Below are positions 43,534 to 60,272 of a stretch of 64,000 nt of DNA, piece by piece. A program made the position numbers and the translations under genes. Below the pieces are notes generated by a model. That model was not told where the DNA came from and did no database searches. It saw nothing but the letters and a program-made list of their open reading frames with translations. The stretch is from Blastocystis sp. Blastoise (Eukaryota > Protista > Bigyra: Opalinata), in the NCBI GenBank assembly GCA_039096225.1, contig JBBPEB010000030.1:496001-560000 (forward strand), in the 5' to 3' direction. The first letter of the stretch is position 1; every line of letters starts with the position of its first letter.

Positions 43534-45477
43534 TTATATAGCATCATCATCATCGTCCTCTTTTTCTTCTTTTCCATTTAGAGTGATTTTTAGAGGAAGA
43601 GAATTAGTATAATTATTTGCATCATTATTACTACTAAGATCGGTACTATGAATAGTATTTAATTCTTCATTGATATGTAATGATTTAGATTGTTCATCAT
43701 AACCATCATCAATAACTTTATCATCTAATTCATCAATCATAGTTTGAGAATGATTATCTTCAATAATATCTACATCAATAGGTTCACCCATTTTAGATTG
43801 CATAGCAATAGAAACAGAATTAATATCTTTAGTTGGAAGATCGATGTCAAGAAGATCTACATCATTTTCTAATTTACTCTTTTTTAATTTAGGTACTTTA
43901 AGGAATTTACAGACTACTAAAGCAATAATAAGTAATACTATGCAAACACAATCACCTATAATATAATCACCATCAAGAGTACCATAGAATATATAACTAA
44001 TACCAGCTATAATACCAAGTACAAAGTTATATTCTGAAGAAATCGAAGTAAATAAAGCAGTATTCACACCAGTAGCAGCAGCAGTAAGAATAGTAGTATC
44101 TGAAATAGGAGAAGCTAATTCACCAAAACTAGAACCCGATAAACAAGCACCAATAGTAGCTTCTAATAATGAAGGTTGAACAATTTTAATAATATTAACA
44201 GAAAGAGGAATAAAAATACTAAATGTAACCCAAGCATTTCCAAGAGAAAAAGCTAAGAATCCTGAGAAAATATAAACAATAATAGGAAGTAACCATCCAG
44301 GGAAATTACCATTAACAATAAGATTACCAATATATTGACCAGTTCCGAGTAAATCATTACTATAATAAGCTAAAGACCATGCTAAGACTAATAATAAAAT
44401 AGTAGACATCATTTCAGCAATACCATCTTTAACAGCATCCATAAAGGATAAGAAGGGCATTAATTTACGAGGTAAGAAGAATATAAAACATAAGATAATA
44501 GCAAATAATGTACCTACTGAAAGACATACAGTTGTTTCAGCTTCAGAAAAAGCAGTTGAAACATCTTTTCCATCGAAAAACCCACCACTATATAACATTA
44601 ATAATATAGAAGTGATAATAAGGATAAGAATAGGAAAGATAAGATCAAAAACTGTAGCTTTCATAAGAGATTGACATTTTTTATTTGTTTTTGAATCATC
44701 TACTTTTTCATTTTTCTTAGATTTTACATTCTTTTCTATTTTGTTTTCTTTTTCTTTAGTTTTTTCTTCCTCTATTTGTTTGTTATGAAGACAATGTTCT
44801 TTAGCTTGATTCTCTCTAGCAGCCATTTGACCGAAATCATAATCGAAGAGAATAATAATTAATAAGAAGATGAAGAAAAGTAAAGGAAGAGAACAGTAGG
44901 GAATTGAACGTATAAAAGCTGAGAAGGCATCTGTTACTTGAGCCATAGAGATCTGAGATAGAATAGCAGCACCCCAACTAGAAATTGGTATAACTAAAGC
45001 ACAATTAATAGCCATTCCCTTAATAATGTACGAAATTTTGTAAGGTGAGATTCCCACAGTATCAGCAACAGGTCTCATAATTGTACCATTACTCAAGCAG
45101 TTGAAATAATCATCGACAAAGAGAAAAAGACCTAACAAAAACGTAAAAAAGTTCGTAGCTCTTTTAGATTTAATAACTCCAGAAATCCAACGACTATAAG
45201 CTTGAGTACTACCTGATTTCTTCATAATTTCAACGAGTCCTCCCATAAGAAGAATAAAAATAAGTAACGAGACTTCTTCAGTTGCTTTTGAACTGATAAC
45301 ATTAATGAAATTTGTGAACACAGTAATGAAGTTACCTCCATCGTAACATTCATAGATAATAGAACCAACAAATGCAGCAAAAAAAAGTGAGAAAATGACC
45401 TCTTTCGTAATAAAAGCTAATATAATAGCGATGAGCGGAGGTATTAATGAGATGATTCCTGCTTCATAAGCTTTCAT
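43534..45477 (-). CDS. NhaC-family Na+/H+ antiporter-like transporter, intronless and bacterial-type
   Basis: Single exon with many TM helices. Motifs SLIPPLIAIILAFITKEV, LFVDDYFNCL..G.IMRP, PISSWGA and SPISDTTIL match the bacterial NhaC-like family. Acidic C-terminal tail. Confidence 0.88.
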   Translation of the reverse strand: MKAYEAGIISLIPPLIAIILAFITKEVIFSLFFAAFVGSIIYECYDGGNFITVFTNFINVISSKATEEVSLLIFILLMGGLVEIMKKSGSTQAYSRWISGVIKSKRATNFFTFLLGLFLFVDDYFNCLSNGTIMRPVADTVGISPYKISYIIKGMAINCALVIPISSWGAAILSQISMAQVTDAFSAFIRSIPYCSLPLLFFIFLLIIILFDYDFGQMAARENQAKEHCLHNKQIEEEKTKEKENKIEKNVKSKKNEKVDDSKTNKKCQSLMKATVFDLIFPILILIITSILLMLYSGGFFDGKDVSTAFSEAETTVCLSVGTLFAIILCFIFFLPRKLMPFLSFMDAVKDGIAEMMSTILLLVLAWSLAYYSNDLLGTGQYIGNLIVNGNFPGWLLPIIVYIFSGFLAFSLGNAWVTFSIFIPLSVNIIKIVQPSLLEATIGACLSGSSFGELASPISDTTILTAAATGVNTALFTSISSEYNFVLGIIAGISYIFYGTLDGDYIIGDCVCIVLLIIALVVCKFLKVPKLKKSKLENDVDLLDIDLPTKDINSVSIAMQSKMGEPIDVDIIEDNHSQTMIDELDDKVIDDGYDEQSKSLHINEELNTIHSTDLSSNNDANNYTNSLPLKITLNGKEEKEDDDDDAI

Positions 45478-45594
45478 TTTTATTATTTGAATGAATATGA
45501 TGGAAAAATAGTTTTTATATATAACCAACAAAGTTCTGTAGGGAATCATTTGACAAAGAATTGTTTGATGACCATCAATATGGGTACATAAAAT

Positions 45595-46115
45595 GATTGG
45601 CTCTTGTTTCCGATAAAATCATTTTTATTGGCTTTTCTCGATTTGGAGAACCATTAAGAATTCAGTTCCAATCATTAAAAAATATATATTGTTATGTTTC
45701 TTAGTGTTTACATTGTTTTGGGATTCTCGTTTTTGTATAAGAGAAGTACTAAAATTACAAAAGTGTCGCTTCTTTTATCATATATGAAAATCAATTTTGT
45801 TCTATGTCAGAATCTTCTATTTTTATCATGATCAAAGTAGAGTATATAAGTTTACAAAAAATTAGAAAGAAATTCACTGATGTTTTTTCTGTTTTTTATA
45901 TTCATGAATAAATAATCATTTTTGTTGCCAGAATCCCATACAAAGACGATCTATTTTTTTAATAAAAACACGGTTTTGTTGAATCTGTATTATTCTCGTG
46001 ATTATTATAGTGGAAACTTTAAGATTCAATCATACTGCTTGTTTGTGGAGTTCATCTTCCATTTTGTTCTTTTTGATTTATGTTAACTATTTGCCTTTGT
46101 TTTTCTGACCAATCG
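45595..46115. promoter_or_regulatory. CCAAT-box candidates in the divergent NhaC/ELOVL intergenic region
   Basis: GATTGGCT (~45595), TATTGGCT (~45626), CCAATCA (~45668) and CCAATCG (~46109). Similar CCAAT motifs lie upstream of HDAC (~1480), the GH35 gene (~13736) and fucosidase A (~50406). Confidence 0.35.
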
Positions 46116-46788
46116 TGGGATTTCTTTTCTTTTTTAACTTATTTAAATATTTTATATCAACGTATTTTTTTTTAATTGAATAGCGTAAATAATGTTGTCC
46201 ATCAAATTTATATTCCTAAATTGAAAACGAACTGAACTTTTTTTCGCATTAGTCAAGAGAATTCTCCTGTAGTGTTTATGGTTTGCTACTATCTTTGAAT
46301 ATTTCAATGTTCTATAGTCACATATCATGTATTTAAGAATGCTAATAATTGACAGTAGAGAAAATGAAACTCATAACTTCTTTATGTCGTTTTTTGTACT
46401 ACTCTGAACTGTTCTTATATGTAACTGATACTTCCTAACAAGAACAGAAGTCATTTTATTTCTTCATATGTATTTTTTTTTTTATAAATGAGAAAGAATT
46501 ATGGTTTTATGTTCTTAGATCTCGTTCATTATTCAATTGATTTGATTTCAAATGACTTTCTTCTTAGAATTTCTAATTGAATACAAAGAAGAAACAAAAC
46601 AAAACGTGATAATGAAAACGAAGAAATTATGTTTATTTTTTCATATTTCTTCACGAAGTTTCCTTATTCAGAATATGATCATATCTCATTTGACTTTATT
46701 TTTGAAATAGGATATATATCCATAAAACTATTTTAGTCCATTCAAATTTATTAATCTCTATTATCTTTATTTTTAAATACGTTGAACA

Positions 46789-48101
46789 ATGAAGACAGTA
46801 GATGCTCAATGTGCTGCTATACCTACTGAATCTGATAATACTACAAATGACTGTGAAGCTTCATTTATAAGGACTACATTTGAGGTTTGCTTTGCTATTT
46901 ATGTTGTTTTGTATGTAACAGGTGCGTTATCTGTCTTTACAGGAAATATTGATTCTTTTCGATATGAACAGAATGTTACACCCTTAACGAATCCATACTT
47001 CGTTTATGGAATTATCTCATTGTATATATTATCTTCTATAGTTTATCTCATATTATAATATTATTATAGTTATGTAGTCTCTATATTTTTTTTACAAAAA
47101 TATATGAAAGACAAACCTCCACTTGATGTGAAATACTTTACTATTGTCCATAATTTTATACTTGTTGTTCTTTCAGGATACTTAACTTATGGAATTAGTT
47201 CTGTCGTATTTCCTTATATTTATAAGAATGGATTTCGAAACTCCTTCTGTAATCCAGGTATATATATGTATATATATTAATACTTAAAATCTTTATGAGA
47301 TGTTTGAATATGATTATATATATTTATTCATATATATCATATTCTAGAATTACATAATAATGGGTATCTTCATATGCTGTATTATCTTAATTATTTATTG
47401 AAATTCTATGAACATATTGATACATATATTCTTATTGTTAAAAAGAAAAACGTTATTTTTCTACACTGGTATCATCATGCATGTATATATTTTTATATTG
47501 TTTTAATTCATTTTTATAGTATTTTTTGTGTAAATATTATATTAAATAATAGATATTTATTGTTTGTATATTGTTATATATAGTAACTGCTATATTAACC
47601 TATGTTCAACAAAATACATATACTACTGTTCAATGGGTACCTATTCTTGCTAATGTTTTTGTATATATATATATGTTATTTATAATTTTTTATATTGCTT
47701 TTATTAATATATATATAATTTATTGTATTATTTTTTATTATTATATATAATTTATTATATATTATTATATATTATTATTATGTATTCTATATTTTTATAT
47801 TATCATATAAATCATGGTTTTATAGGTACATGTTATGATGTATTCCTATTATTTATTCAGTTCGTTAAAGATCAATGTTTGGTGGAAACAATATATAACA
47901 CAATTACAAATATTACAATTTGTTATTGATATTACTATTTGTGCTTATACAGCTATACAACTATATACTTATCCCGATACTTGTCCTGGACAATATAGTG
48001 CTATTTGGACTGGGATTCCAATTTTAAGTTCATATCTTGTTCTTTTCTTAGACTTTTTCAAAAAAAGTTATTTAAAGAAAAAAGTCATAAAAACAGAATA
48101 A
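46789..48101 (+). CDS. ELO/GNS1-SUR4 fatty acid elongase
   Basis: KFYEHIDTYIL, FLHWYHH histidine box, NVFVHVMMYSYY and WKQYITQLQILQF. Confidence 0.95.
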
Positions 48102-48400
48102 TCATTCTTATTATTATTACATAAATATTTCTTTTTAATCATCAATATTTCAATGTTCTATTCTTAATGGTAAATAAGAAATGTATATTTATTTTATAAT
48201 TGTTCCTTTTGATATTCATTCTTTTGTTAATAAAAAAATATATATTTCAAAATAATTTAATTATTAAATGAATCTTCAATATATTTACCTGTCTAGTTTA
48301 TTAAAAAAATATATAGAGTATATTAGAATACAGAACATTAAAGAACAAAATAAGAATAGAGAAGAACAATTCATCTATATGAAAAAGGTGAAAACATTGC

Positions 48401-50277
48401 TTAATTTATGCTAGTCATCTTAATAACATAATATTCTTGACAAGGAATTTGTCTAACATTAAGATTAGGAAGAGTGACAGTAATCTTTTCTCCATCTATA
48501 TAAAAATAAATAAGAATAATAAAAATAATCAAATATTAATAAATAAATAAATAAATAAATAAAAAAACAAATAAATAAAAAAAACAGCCATTACATACCT
48601 TGTTTAAATTCAACAGGTTTATCAGATCCCATAAGAGACATTTTTGTATTTTCAGTGAGTTGAGGAGAAGAAAGAGTAACAGTATTATCTTCAGGCCATT
48701 CAGTAAGAATAGCATAAACAGCACTTAAATCCTTACGTTCTGTGAAATATACTTTCTTATCTTCATCTTGAACTCTCCAAGGTACGCTCTTATATATAGC
48801 CTCACCATTAACTTTCATCCAATCACCAAGTTGTATTAAACGTTCTTGCATCATAGGAACAATACGACCATCAGCAGTAGGACCAACATTTAATAACTAT
48901 AATTATATTAATGAAACTGGATAAAATATTCTTGATTATAATAATAAAATAAAAATAAAATAATAATAAAATAAAAATAAAATATAATAACAATAAAACA
49001 AAAATAAAATATAATAATAATATTAATAAAATAAAAATAAAATATAATAATAAAACAAAAATAAAATATAATAATAAAACAAAAATAAAATGTAATAATA
49101 ACAATAAATAAAACTACTATATAAATACCATATTACCACCATAAGCAACAGTAGGAATAAATTTATCTAAAAGTTCTCTTAAAGTAAAATATTTATTTAT
49201 ATAGAAATCTTCTCTTCTATCATATCCCCAACTATCTTTTTGAATAGTCATAGCATTCTCCCATTTATGAGGTAATAAATGACCCGGTTCATAACGATCG
49301 GGACCACTATAATAACCACCATGATTCTGAGAACAACCAGCACCCCAACGATCATTTACAACTACTGTATCTTTTACAGGAGATTCATTATATCTATAAA
49401 TATATAAATAAAATTAGTATTCATTTAAGTACATATAATAAAAGAAACTATATATATATATTAAACAAATATGTATACTAAATAATAAATTAAAATTAAT
49501 AAAAAAATATACAACCAAGCTAAGAATTCAGGAGATTTCCAATAATCAGAATTAACTTCCCAATCACCATCCACCCAAAGTAATTCAGGTTTATAAGTAT
49601 TAACTAATTCTTTAAACATTGGAAGATAATGATTATTCACATATTCTTGAGTCGTAAAACCATTTTCTTTATCTTTTAAATATAAAGGATTAAACCATTC
49701 ATATAAACTATGATAAGTACCAAAAGTCATATTATGTTTACGAACAGCATCAGCTAATTCTCCAAGAAGATCTCTATGAGGACCAACATCCTTGGCATTC
49801 CAATTCCAAGCATACTTGCTTGGCCATAAAGTGAAACCTTCATGATGTTTAGAAGTTAATACTACATATTTAGCACCAGACTTTTCAAAGACTTCAGCCC
49901 AACGTTCAGGATCATACATTTCAGCTTTGAAATCCTTTACAAAATCTTGATACTTAAAATCTTCACCATAAGTCTTCTTATGGAATTCGTTAATATCCTG
50001 ATCACCATCAACAAACCATCTCCTATATATTTAAATCAATAATCTTAACTTTATACAATAGATAAATCAGGAAAATGTAAATCTATCAAAATTAGTAGTA
50101 CACAACATACCAGTACCACTCATTCTTGAACGCAGGAACAGAGAAAAGACCCCAATGGATGAAAATACCTAATTTGGATTCATCAAACCAGGAAGGAAGA
50201 GGACGACTATCAACAGATTCCCAAGTGGGATCATAAGCAAGAGCTAATACAGCGAACAACAGAAACACAAATTTCAT
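48401..50277 (-). CDS. GH29 alpha-L-fucosidase, secreted (paralog A)
   Basis: Signal peptide, [47 protein letters not shown] nucleophile motif, VNDRWG and NVGPTADG. Ends IKMTSIN*. Confidence 0.95.
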
Positions 50278-50834
50278 TGTTTATTTTTAGAACAAAACAA
50301 ATATTTTTTGATAGTATTGTGAAATGAAACAGGATTAAGAGAACGCAATCTTTGTGTTTTTTAATCTCACAAAACCCTAAAACAGATGATATAATAACTG
50401 TTTTTATTGGTAGTTTTTTATTGAGAATCGAATAATTCTTATGATAAGCAATCATCTGAATGACCATAATTAAATACCCCTATATTAATGAGAACTCTCT
50501 ATTTAGATACCTGTATCCAATAAAAACGTTCTAAAGATGTCTATCTTCTTATAGAAGGATGAAAATTATGGTTCTTATTGATATGGCAACGGACACAAGA
50601 TATATAGAATTAGCTATTCATAACATTAAAAATGAAGGTATTTCTCTTCTATTATTCAAATATAGAGATAAATAAAATTTGAGGAATCATAAATAACATA
50701 GAATGAGAGAGAAATAAGTGAAATAAATGTTTTCAAGAAAAACGTAATGAATTGTCAGAAACCAAACAAGTATCAAGTACTTTACTGAATAAGCATTGCT
50801 TTTAGACACACGACAATAAAATGTACTACATTAT

Positions 50835-51373
50835 CTACTCAATATCGGTCATCTTTAAAACATACATTTCTTGACATGGAACTTGTCTTACATTCAAAAT
50901 AGGTAAGTAAATATGAACTTGATTATCAACTAGAGAGAATAATAAATATTATGATACGTGAGAATTTGTTAATAGATAAGATATTATCAATAGATAATAA
51001 ATAGAATATATAAATAATATAATAAACATATATATATACGCATCTTAGTTACAAGAGGTTTTTTATATCCCATGAGATAGACGGAGGAATGTTGAGTGAG
51101 AGTAACGTTCTTGAGATTTACGGTATTATCTTCAGGCCATTCAGTAAGAATAGCATAAACAGCATCTAAATCTTTACGTTGAGTATAATAAACAAGAGAA
51201 GTTTGATTTTGAAGTCTCCAAGGAACAGTTTTATATATAGCTTCACCGTTGACTTTCATCCAATCACCAAGTTGTATTAAACGTTCTTGCATCAATGGCA
51301 TTATACGACCATCAGCAGTAGGACCAACATTTAATAACTAGAATTATATTTATATAATAAGAAATAGTATATT

Positions 51374-51463
<90 letters not shown>

Positions 51464-52775
51464 TATCTGATAATAATAATATATCTGATAATAATAATAA
51501 TATATATATATCTACCATATTACCACCAAAGGCAACAGTACTGACTAAAGTATGTAATAATTCATGAAGTGAATAATAACCATTATTCAAATAATCTTCA
51601 TTTCTAGCATATCCCCAACTATCCTTTTGAATAGTCATCGCGTCTTCCCATTTATGAGGTAATAAATGACCCGGTTCATAACGATCCGGACCACTATAGA
51701 AATCCCCGTGGGTCTGAGCAGTTCCTACACCCCAACGATCATTAGTAACAATAGTATCTTTTACAGGAGATTCATTATATCTATATATATATATATATAT
51801 ATATATAGTATAATTATTCATATAAAAAAAGTATAAAATTGAATATTATTTATATATAGAATCTAATATAAAATATAATATAAAATAAAAAAGAAACAAA
51901 ATAAATATATATAACTAGATTGATTTATCTATATATACAACCAAGCTAAGAATTGTTCTGCTTGCCAATAAGTACAATTCGTTTCCCAATCACCATCAAC
52001 CCATATTACTTCAGGTTTATAAGTATTTATAAGTTCTTTCATTTGAGGCATTAAATGTGTTTCAATAAATGTATTTGTAGTAAAATTATTAGCTCTATCC
52101 TCCATATATAAAGGATTATACCATTCAAATAAACTATAATAAGTACCAAAAGTCATATTATATTTACGAACAGCATTAGCTAATTCACCTACTAAATCTC
52201 TATGAGGACCAACATCTTTAGCATTCCAATTCCATGAATATTTACTTGGCCACATAGTAAAACCTTCATGATGTTTTGTAGTTAATACTACATATTGGGC
52301 ACCTATATAAATATTTAAATAGAAATAAATACGAATAGAATAATATATAATCATTATATTAATACAAGAAATATGGAATAACAAACTTACCAGATTTCTG
52401 AAAAACTTCAGCCCAACGCTCAGGTTCATACATTTCAGCTTTAAACATATTAGCAAAATCTTGATATTTAAAATTCTTTCCATAAACACGTTCATGAAAT
52501 TCGACATATTTCTCTTGATGTAAAGAATCAAGATGCTCCCTAAATGATATTATATATATTTAATGAAATGCTGTGTGAAAAAGATAAATGAATATCAAAA
52601 TTACGTACCAGTACCATTCACTCAAATAGGAAGGAACAGAGAAAACACCCCAATGTACAAAAATACCTAACTTGGCATCATCATACCACTGAGGTAAAGG
52701 TCTCTTATCTAATGATTCCCAATTAGGCTCATAGGCAACTGCTAAAGCTATTAAAAAGAATAACAAAAATTTCAT
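50835..52775 (-). CDS. GH29 alpha-L-fucosidase, secreted (paralog B)
   Basis: [44 protein letters not shown] and TNDRWG. Has one extra intron (52303-52390) relative to paralog A. Confidence 0.95.
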
Positions 52776-53045
52776 ATCTACAACTATAGTTAAGAATAAA
52801 GAAAATATTCTTAAAAAGATGTAATGGTGAAACGAGTTGTTATAAAGTAATCAATTATGTTTCTGTGTTTATTCATGGGAAAATGAATTTCTTAAAAATA
52901 TTATTTAACGATACTTTGTGTTATAAGAAATGCATTACAGCATATTAATGGACATATCAGAATGTCCAGAATAGACCTTGTAGATACCAGAAACTATGAA
53001 CTTAGAATATTTAATCATAACACTATGGACATTTTTTCAGGTTTC

Positions 53046-53257
53046 TGTCAAAAGGTCCAACGACTTTTTTGTTTTGGTTTCCCCAGTGGTGAGCAGTGAA
53101 AATTTTTAAATATGTAGCTGACAAAAGGTTATTTGATTTTTCTGTTTGGTTTCCCCAGTGGTGGAGCAGTGAAAAAATTTTAAAGGGTAGCTGACAAAAG
53201 GTCCAACGACTTTTTTGCTTTGGTTTCCCCAGTGGTGAGCAGTGAAATTTTTTGTCA
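53046..53257. repeat. Left subterminal tandem repeats of the CACTA element (3 x 73 bp)
   Basis: Units start at 53046, 53119 and 53192: TG(T/A)CAAAAGG...TTGGTTTCCCCAGTGGTG(G)AGCAGTGAAA. Confidence 0.9.
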
Positions 53258-53550
53258 GAGTTTCAGTGATTTTATAAAATCGAAAAGCAGTGCAAAAGTA
53301 TGACGCACCTTAAAACAATAATTGGCGAATAAAAATGGTTTTAAATATTCTCTATTTTTTCATTTATTGGCTTTTTTTATTCTTTTTGTGGTGTAATAAT
53401 AAACGATATAACAAAACAAACAAATTAAATATTATCAAATAATCATAAAAACAAATAATAGAAAACAATAATAATAAATATATAAAAAAAAGATAATAAA
53501 ACATATAATAAATAATATAATAAAATATATATAATATTTAATTTATAATA

Positions 53551-54254
53551 TTTCAACCAGGACAGTTTCAGTCTTTAATTTGCATTTAAGCCTAACCAAC
53601 CTATATAAAGAGATGATATTAGTTAAGTATTACTAATAATAATATATATATAACATTTTAAAATAATAATAAAATAAAAAATATATACCTTTTCTAATCA
53701 TTACAAGACAGGCAAGGAATCAAAGACAAAGAACCATCCTATAAAAGATATATGATAAATAGTATAATGAATAAAACAATATAATTAAATATATATATAT
53801 ACTTTTTATAAACCATTCTCCAATTGGCCAACAACGACAGCAACAGAACTTATGGAAACCTATATAAAGATAGAGTGAGTTGTAGAATATAATAATATAT
53901 GATATAATAAAATAATATAGAATAATAAAATATAAATATATACATTACTCCTATATAAATATAAAGTGGGGTTAGTTATATAATATGTAATAGATAATAT
54001 AGATATATATGTACCTTTTATTCATGTTGATTCCCTTCATTCTAGACCCAAGCAGCATAACTATAAAAATAATTAGAAAAAGAAATATATATATATATAC
54101 CTATAAGAGAACCATAACCACACACAAGAAGGAGCAGAACACTTAAGGAGACCAGGAATAGCCACAGCAAGAAGCAGAGACAGCTACTATAGAAAATGAA
54201 TGAATAGAGTAGAAAAAAATAAAATATAAAGAAACAGCAAACACCTACCATCAT
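53551..54254 (-). other. Cluster of small apparently spliced exons inside the transposon (lncRNA, micropeptide gene or pseudogene)
   Basis: GC-richer blocks 54101-54186, 54015-54060, 53803-53859, 53689-53738 and a block ending at 53600, each bounded by host-style ATAG| and |GTA signals on the minus strand. No long spliced ORF. Confidence 0.55.
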
Positions 54255-56095
54255 AATAGTATCATATGATATGAAATAAAGTAATAATTTAATAATACAT
54301 CATTATAATGATATAAGATATAATAAAATAAATATGTGATAAGTCATGTAGGATTTTGTTTTGTTATAAAAGGGTGTAATAGGAATTTAGAAGATATAGC
54401 TGAAATAATGAAAATAAACATGAATAATCTCATATCTACTAAATATAGAGAATCTTCATCATAAATAAAATGAATGGTTAAGAATAAAAGAGAAAGAGAA
54501 ATTTTATTTCTATGAGGAAAATGGATATTGTTATTGTTATTTTCAATTTATCCTAATTATTATTAATACTATAAAAAATGTTTTATTTTAAAGAATTATA
54601 TATTTATTTATCATTATAATGTTTTATAATTAGTTTAGACGACAGAAGAGTCATTTTTATAGTTAATTATCAAAATTATTCTTAGTATCACTTTGTAAGT
54701 ATAACTTATTTTTTAAATAAACCTAGGCTATAATACAGACTTATAGAGAAGACCCTGAGACTTCTAATCCCAAAACAAAAGTGATTCATATAATTCAGAA
54801 TGATTGTCTGAATCTTCATTTAGAGTATTAATTTGAGTCACATACTTTCAATAAAATGATTAAATAAAGAGAAAGATGATAAAAAAGGTCTAGAGTCAAA
54901 ATTGTTATGAAATATCAACTTTTTAATCTATTTGTGTAGATTTTCAATTATTTTAATATCATAATATGACTGAAAAGAAACAAAAAACATTTTAAAGTCA
55001 ATTAAGTCAACAATTGTAATCAAGTAAAAGTCTTTTAAAACCTCTTCATAAACTCAAAACGTATAGAGTGAGTGTTTTCCAGTTAAAATAATGTTTATTG
55101 TTACAATAATATCAAAAACAAATCAAATTATTATTTTATAATTACTCAAGAACAACTTTTTCTATCAACTAAGGACTCATAGCTATCAAATATGCATATG
55201 AATAAGCAAAAATAATATTTTGTATATTTTTAATTGAAAAGTCAGAATCGTGTTGATAGTTTACTATAAAACAAATGCAAAAATCACTTTTTTATCAAAA
55301 AAATGTTTAATCTCATTAATCGTTATATTCATGATTTATTCATTGTCTACTTACCGTGTTTAATCATCTTCAGTGATTTTTAGTGAAACTAAAATTATTT
55401 CAAATATATATTTTATTTTCAATAATAACAGAAACGTCTCATATTGCATATTTAGTGTCTAAATGAAGTTTAAACATGACAGTGATATCAATTAATCAAA
55501 AATTATAAAATATAAAGAATCTCCATTTTTATGACTTGTCTTAAATCATGTTAAGAGTAAATGAATGAATAGTTTCATTAGTCATCTGTATGATTTTAGT
55601 ATTATTTTCAAAATATTTTGTTTTTTAACAAGAATAAATTCTTAATTTATTGTTTATCAAGTCAAAAATGTATTTAAATGATTTTTTTCTACTGTACAAG
55701 GATACACTGATCATATGAAAAAAAAATTGCACAGAATCTTTTGATAATCTATTTTTGAAAAATGAGAATTATTTTTTGGAACTAAACTAATATTTTACGT
55801 ATAAACATTATAAAATCTCCTGAACAATCTTTTGAGAAGATTCTGTGTTCGACAATACACTTAATTAAGTAATTGATAATTGTTGGAATATTTTTGTATT
55901 GAATAAACTGTTTTGAATGTTTCTATGAATCATCTATATACAACTAATACATTTAATGATTAAATAAATACACATATAAAGAAAAAAATAGTAATTAACA
56001 TAATTGATCTTCACCTCTCTGAATATATATTTTTTGAAAATCTTATACAATATGAATATTAAAACCTATATATACATAAAATAGTTATATAAACG

Positions 56096-56164
56096 ACCTT
56101 AAGACAGGAATTGAACCTGTTTTCAATCATAAATTGATTGAAACTTACCAATTTAAGCTTAAGG
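56096..56164 (-). ncRNA. tRNA-like element (atypical cloverleaf, nominal anticodon TTT)
   Basis: Minus-strand CCTTAAG...CTTAAGG 7-bp acceptor stem, ACAGG-TTCAATT-CCTGT T-arm (B-box), AATTGGTAA D-loop, and TTTCAATC/GATTGAAA anticodon-like stem. Lacks U8 and U33 and has little or no variable loop. Confidence 0.65.
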
Positions 56165-56401
56165 ATAATATAGAGGAAAAGTAATATAAAGGGATATATA
56201 ATAATACGAAAATAAGTATGAAAAAAAATATATGTATAAGAGAAAACGATGCTAAATATAGGAGGGAAAAATGAAAAGAGAATAAATAGAGAAAAATATA
56301 AAGTTAATGAGATAGGGATAATTAATGAAATTAATAAAAAAGAATTAAAATAATAATATAGAGAAAAAAAAATATAAATATAGAGATCTATAAGTAAGGT
56401 A

Positions 56402-60235
<3,834 letters not shown>

Positions 60236-60241
60236 AGATAA

Positions 60242-60272
<31 letters not shown>

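Noticed and set aside
53046-53257. CRISPR-like repeat-spacer appearance
   Set aside because: The intervening sequences are also similar to each other (73-bp tandem units), there are no cas genes, and the position matches transposon subterminal repeats.
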